Of a stretch of 32,011 nt of DNA, positions 28,336 through 32,011 are shown piece by piece (the first letter of the stretch is position 1; every line of letters begins with the position of its first letter). Source of the stretch: a virus. Its lineage: Duplodnaviria > Heunggongvirae > Uroviricota > Caudoviricetes. A program made the position numbers and the translations under genes. Below the pieces are notes generated by a model, which saw only the letters and a list, made by a program, of their open reading frames with translations, was not told where the DNA came from and made no database searches. The stretch covers positions 1-32,011 of the IMG/VR virus record IMGVR_UViG_2695420503_000024, one strand, 5' to 3'.

Positions 28336-28637
28336 TACCAGCTCCTTTTGTCGTTAAGTTTTTTAAATTCATCAGCGCAATAGCTGGCAATTTCTGTCGT
28401 TAATTTCGTCAGTTCATCCACGGAGGAGATTTGCTTGTGAAATACAGCGCGTTTAACAAGTAAATTGACCACATCAGACAGGAGATTTAATTCGTTCTGA
28501 TAAATCGCGATAACAGACTCAGTTATTTCGCGTTTTTCTTTATCAAGACCAAGTTGAATAAGAGATAAATCGCCATTTTTCATAACGGTGATTTTTAAGG
28601 CGTTATTCAGTAATACAACTGAACGAGAACAGGACAT
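28335..28637 (-). CDS. Hypothetical AT-rich protein at the P2 orf81 position (~100 aa)
   Basis: ATG at 28637 with a strong GGGGAGGTG RBS; about 35% GC, well below the neighbours. Confidence 0.6.
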   Translation of the reverse strand: MSCSRSVVLLNNALKITVMKNGDLSLIQLGLDKEKREITESVIAIYQNELNLLSDVVNLLVKRAVFHKQISSVDELTKLTTEIASYCADEFKKLNDKRSW

Positions 28638-28861
28638 CAAAGCACCTCCCCGCGAGACAATCCGATATTGTGAAATTTTTCCGACTCCTGACTGAGCAGC
28701 TCGACTATCTCTACGCGGGATAACTCCGCCTTTGTGATGTGGCGAATTATGGCGTCAAGATGAGAAGAAAAGCGCGTCGCTGCGTCGGCCTGTGCTTCGG
28801 TTCTGGCCTGTTGCAGCAGTAATGCGTATTTACCGCACTGATTTTCAGAAACTGTATGCAT
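28637..28861 (-). CDS. Hypothetical protein at the P2 orf80 position (74 aa)
   Basis: ATG at 28861 with a GGAG RBS. The upstream TTG extension was rejected. Confidence 0.6.
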   Translation of the reverse strand: MHTVSENQCGKYALLLQQARTEAQADAATRFSSHLDAIIRHITKAELSRVEIVELLSQESEKFHNIGLSRGEVL

Positions 28862-28924
28862 GACTTTCTCCAGGCAAAAAGAAGCCCCGCACAATTAAGT
28901 GCGTTAAAAACTCTGGTTAATTAC

Positions 28925-29425
28925 TTAATGCAGATATTGCTCTGGTTCTACCGACGTCAGAATTGTCGGTGCATACTCAAACAGGCTGAATAATTCACGT
29001 AATGCACGGAATAAGGCATCACGCCAGTAACATGATTCTTCATTAATTCGCCAGTATGGCTGGTTGAATTCTTTTTCAGTCAATCCGGCATGCATAAATA
29101 AAGTACGGCGCTGACTGACAGTTAAAAAGCTAATATATGCATACTCACTTGCACCGACCTGACGGCGTTTTGAGAATGCCCCACGCAGTTCATCAATTGC
29201 ACAAACCAGCCGTTCACGTTCGACATCGTTCATTTCTTCAAAACGCATCGTTGCGTGACGCTGTTTTAACTGCGCATGGAAGCAAACCGTTAGCCGTTCG
29301 CGTTCCATCATCTGATTATAATAATCGCATGTCTCCTGCCAGCGAGGGACGGCCAGATGCTTACCAATTATCCGGCGCATAGCTGCTGGCTGTTTTTCAA
29401 CGAGATTGAGCGTCATCACTGTCAT
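28925..29425 (-). CDS. B: Replication protein gpB (helicase loader), 166 aa
   Basis: Synteny and length match P2 gpB. Confidence 0.88.
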   Translation of the reverse strand: MTVMTLNLVEKQPAAMRRIIGKHLAVPRWQETCDYYNQMMERERLTVCFHAQLKQRHATMRFEEMNDVERERLVCAIDELRGAFSKRRQVGASEYAYISFLTVSQRRTLFMHAGLTEKEFNQPYWRINEESCYWRDALFRALRELFSLFEYAPTILTSVEPEQYLH

Positions 29426-29592
29426 TTCCAGACCCTCCGGCTTTTCAGAAAGGTCAGAGCCTTTTTTAACGGACTCTGTTTTTTGGTGCGGATAATGATT
29501 CCCTTACGCCCCTTACCGTGGGTGATGGTGAAGTCAATCGCCCTGGGGCTTTCGTTACGCAATAACTGAGCAATACAACGAGGCTCATTCAT
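29422..29592 (-). CDS. Small protein at the P2 orf78 position (~56 aa)
   Basis: ATG at 29592 with an AAGGAGA RBS, 11 nt after the cox stop. Confidence 0.55.
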   Translation of the reverse strand: MNEPRCIAQLLRNESPRAIDFTITHGKGRKGIIIRTKKQSPLKKALTFLKSRRVWK

Positions 29593-29602
29593 ACGGTTCT
29601 CC

Positions 29603-29878
29603 TTAACGTGGTTCACCGAGACCTAACCACATCAACCAGCCGTCACGAATCTCTTTAGGACGGCTTTCATAAGCCAGTTTTAGTCCGTTATTCCATGCCG
29701 GAAGGTATACCCAATATTCACCAGCACGCCCCGATACTGACTGAGGGTCAGTAATCTCAATAACTGGTAATTTCCCTTTCTCAATCATGCCCCTTACAGC
29801 TCTTGGAGTTTTACCAATGAGTTTTGCAAACTCCTGATAAGGCACGGCATCAGTCACGCTTACAAGCTGTCTATTCAT
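29603..29878 (-). CDS. cox: Cox: excisionase and repressor of Pc (91 aa)
   Basis: ...DAVPYQEFAKLIGK...GKLPVIE...SGRAGEYWVYLPAWNNGLKLAYESRPKEIRDGWLMWLGLGEPR closely matches recalled P2 Cox. Confidence 0.9.
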   Translation of the reverse strand: MNRQLVSVTDAVPYQEFAKLIGKTPRAVRGMIEKGKLPVIEITDPQSVSGRAGEYWVYLPAWNNGLKLAYESRPKEIRDGWLMWLGLGEPR

Positions 29879-29999
29879 CTGCTACGATTCTCCCTTAGTG
29901 CTTCTAATGGCTCCTAATGGCTAATTATTGCCTAAAAGGATAACTCCAGAAGCACAACATTTCACACTATCAGCAAGAAATTACGCAATCGGAGTAATT
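29879..29999. promoter_or_regulatory. Pe/Pc divergent early promoter and immunity operator region
   Basis: Intergenic gap between divergent cox and C; direct repeats CTAATGGC at 29903-29910 and 29913-29920, 10 bp centre to centre. Confidence 0.5.
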
Positions 30000-30299
30000 A
30001 TGTCAATAGACGTTTCGGAGAAGTTGAAGCTAATCCGTGAATCTGAAAGGTTAAACCGTAAAGAATTCAGTGAATTAACTGGTGTAGCCTACAGCTCACT
30101 TTCGAGCTATGAGAGCCGGTCAAAAAACGCTGGAGTTGAAGCCATAATGAAGGTCTTACAACATCCCAGATTTACTAAATATACTTTGTGGTTCATGACT
30201 GATCAGGTAGCTCCAGAAGCCGGGCAAATTGCGCCCGCTCTCGCACACTTTGGGCAAAACGAAACAACGTCGCCCCACTCCGGTCAAAAGACTGGTTAA
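30000..30299 (+). CDS. C: Immunity repressor C (99 aa)
   Basis: C-terminal ...FTKYTLWFMTDQVAPEAGQIAPALAHFGQNETTSPHSGQKTG matches recalled P2 C; ATG at 30000 with a GGAG RBS. Confidence 0.88.
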   Translation: MSIDVSEKLKLIRESERLNRKEFSELTGVAYSSLSSYESRSKNAGVEAIMKVLQHPRFTKYTLWFMTDQVAPEAGQIAPALAHFGQNETTSPHSGQKTG

Positions 30300-30414
30300 C
30301 AATTTATCGTGAATATATTCATCACAAGTGCCTACTATTGGTGGCTAAATTTCAGCCACCACGAAAAAAGCGATTAGTAGTAGCAAAAAAAAGTACCACT
30401 CGGAGGGTTTTCTG

Positions 30415-31428
30415 ATGGCAATCAAAAAACTCGATGATGGTCGATATGAAGTGGACATCCGCCCTACTGGACGTAACGGAAAACGCATCCGTAGGAAGTT
30501 TGATAAGAAAAGCGAAGCTGTCGCTTTCGAAAAATACACGTTGTACAACCACCACAATAAAGAATGGCTATCAAAACCAACAGACAAACGACGTCTGTCG
30601 GAACTGACACAGATCTGGTGGGATTTAAAGGGTAAACACGAAGAGCATGGGAAATCTAATCTTGGAAAAATTGAAATCTTCACAAAAATAACGAATGACC
30701 CATGCGCATTTCAAATCACGAAATCCCTTATCAGCCAGTACTGCGCCACCCGAAGAAGTCAGGGTATTAAACCTTCGAGTATCAATCGTGATTTAACATG
30801 TATTAGCGGCATGTTTACAGCCCTGATTGAAGCGGAGTTATTCTTTGGTGAGCACCCTATCAGAGGGACAAAGAGGCTTAAGGAGGAAAAACCAGAAACA
30901 GGCTATCTCACACAGGAAGAAATTGCCTTACTGCTTGCAGCACTTGACGGCGACAACAAAAAGATTGCGATTCTTTGCCTGAGTACAGGAGCACGTTGGG
31001 GAGAAGCAGCTCGTTTGAAAGCAGAAAATATCATCCATAACCGCGTCACGTTTGTTAAAACGAAAACAAACAAACCACGCACCGTCCCGATCTCAGAGGC
31101 TGTTGCCAAAATGATCGCGGATAACAAACGAGGTTTTTTATTCCCTGATGCTGATTACCCTCGCTTCAGACGAACAATGAAAGCAATAAAACCGGATTTG
31201 CCAACGGGGCAAGCCACACATGCACTAAGGCACAGCTTTGCCACTCATTTCATGATTAATGGAGGAAGTATTATCACGCTACAACGGATACTAGGTCACA
31301 CGCGGATTGAGCAAACTATGGTTTACGCTCATTTTGCGCCAGAGTACCTTCAGGACGCCATTTCTCTTAATCCGCTAAGAGGTGGTACTGAAGCCGAGAG
31401 TGTCCACACAGTGTCCACAGTAGAGTAA
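30415..31428 (+). CDS. int: Tyrosine integrase (337 aa)
   Basis: Closely matches recalled P2 Int; catalytic HALRHSFATH (H-x-x-R) and TMVYAHF (Tyr) motifs; lies next to attR. Confidence 0.92.
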   Translation: MAIKKLDDGRYEVDIRPTGRNGKRIRRKFDKKSEAVAFEKYTLYNHHNKEWLSKPTDKRRLSELTQIWWDLKGKHEEHGKSNLGKIEIFTKITNDPCAFQITKSLISQYCATRRSQGIKPSSINRDLTCISGMFTALIEAELFFGEHPIRGTKRLKEEKPETGYLTQEEIALLLAALDGDNKKIAILCLSTGARWGEAARLKAENIIHNRVTFVKTKTNKPRTVPISEAVAKMIADNKRGFLFPDADYPRFRRTMKAIKPDLPTGQATHALRHSFATHFMINGGSIITLQRILGHTRIEQTMVYAHFAPEYLQDAISLNPLRGGTEAESVHTVSTVE

Positions 31429-31507
31429 CGTTTAAGGGCTTTCAGTGGTAATTTATGCCGCTCAAACCCGCATTGTACCGTTGAAAGCCCCTACTGGTGA
31501 CACCCTA

Positions 31508-31534
31508 AATCTCCCTTACACGGGCTTATTTTTT
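31508..31534. repeat. attR core: 27-bp AATCTCCCTTACACGGGCTTATTTTTT
   Basis: Exact copy of 1507-1533, 80 bp downstream of the int stop. Confidence 0.85.
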
Positions 31535-31693
31535 TATGCATAAGCCCTATCTCTGGTAACCGTCTTCCATTGACCACATCGATAGAATCCTCCTTCATAG
31601 CACGATGCCTTTCACTTATCGGCATCGTGCTCCCACAGGTTCCGGCTACGCACAGCCAGAACGCGCATATTTGACGCTTACCAAAAAATATTC

Positions 31694-32011
31694 TCACTCT
31701 CCACATTTGAATGTCAGACGAGCGACACCATGTAATCCTACACCTTCTGTCTTCAGCTCAACTATTTGCATTTTTTTGCCCTGAGTAACACAGAAATGAG
31801 TTGCATCATTTTTTACTATATTTTCTGCACCAGATATTCTACCCCTGGCTAAAGAAGCTTCGGCTTCGGTGTAGTATTGGTTATCGAGTTTACGCTGAAT
31901 ATTACTTTTATATGCAAGACCAAATTTACCGATACTTGTCTCATCATTATGCACAGCACAACCAGACATAATAAAAATACTAATTAATGATATAGCAGCT
32001 ATCTTTTTCAT
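31694..32011 (-). CDS. yegR: Lipoprotein YegR (105 aa, complete; start at the window edge)
   Basis: MKKIAAISLISIFIMSGC signal peptide with lipobox; matches recalled E. coli YegR from the cyaR/ogrK neighbourhood. Confidence 0.8.
   Translation of the reverse strand: MKKIAAISLISIFIMSGCAVHNDETSIGKFGLAYKSNIQRKLDNQYYTEAEASLARGRISGAENIVKNDATHFCVTQGKKMQIVELKTEGVGLHGVARLTFKCGE

Larger units (their letters stand above)
1507..31534. mobile_element. Complete P2-like prophage (attL to attR)
   Basis: Full P2 gene complement in P2 order, a cos site, a tyrosine integrase next to attR, and flanking 27-bp direct repeats. Confidence 0.92.

Noticed and set aside
31491-31706. 71-aa minus-strand ORF spanning attR
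   Set aside because: It overlaps the att core and the intergenic hairpin and has no RBS; more likely noncoding junction sequence.

Overview
The window is an Escherichia coli-type chromosomal locus, yegQ(trhP)–cyaR ... yegR, interrupted by a complete ~30 kb P2-like (Peduovirus-type) prophage. The prophage is integrated into the 3' end of the CyaR sRNA gene and bounded by a 27-bp direct repeat (attL 1507-1533, attR 31508-31534). Gene order is the canonical P2 map read right-to-left: ogr, D-U-T-E/E+E'-FII-FI, [variable locus], G-H-I-J-W-V, S-R-lysC/lysB-lysA-K-Y-X-L-M-N-O, then P-Q on the + strand, the cos site, [variable locus], A, four small ORFs, B, orf78-like, cox, C, int. Every core gene is syntenic with P2 and close to its length; what differs is two cargo positions. 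(1) Where P2 carries orf91/tin/old, between cos and A, there is one AT-rich 440-aa ORF (24176-25498, minus strand) of unassignable family. This is the best candidate for an undescribed anti-phage or abortive-infection protein. (2) Where P2 carries Z/fun, between FI and G, there is ~1.1 kb of lower-GC DNA with no convincing ORF, containing degenerate direct repeats, a perfect 17-bp palindrome and one small putative 2-TM protein. All calls rest on reading the sequence and recalled family knowledge; no database search was run, and GC figures are by-eye estimates.
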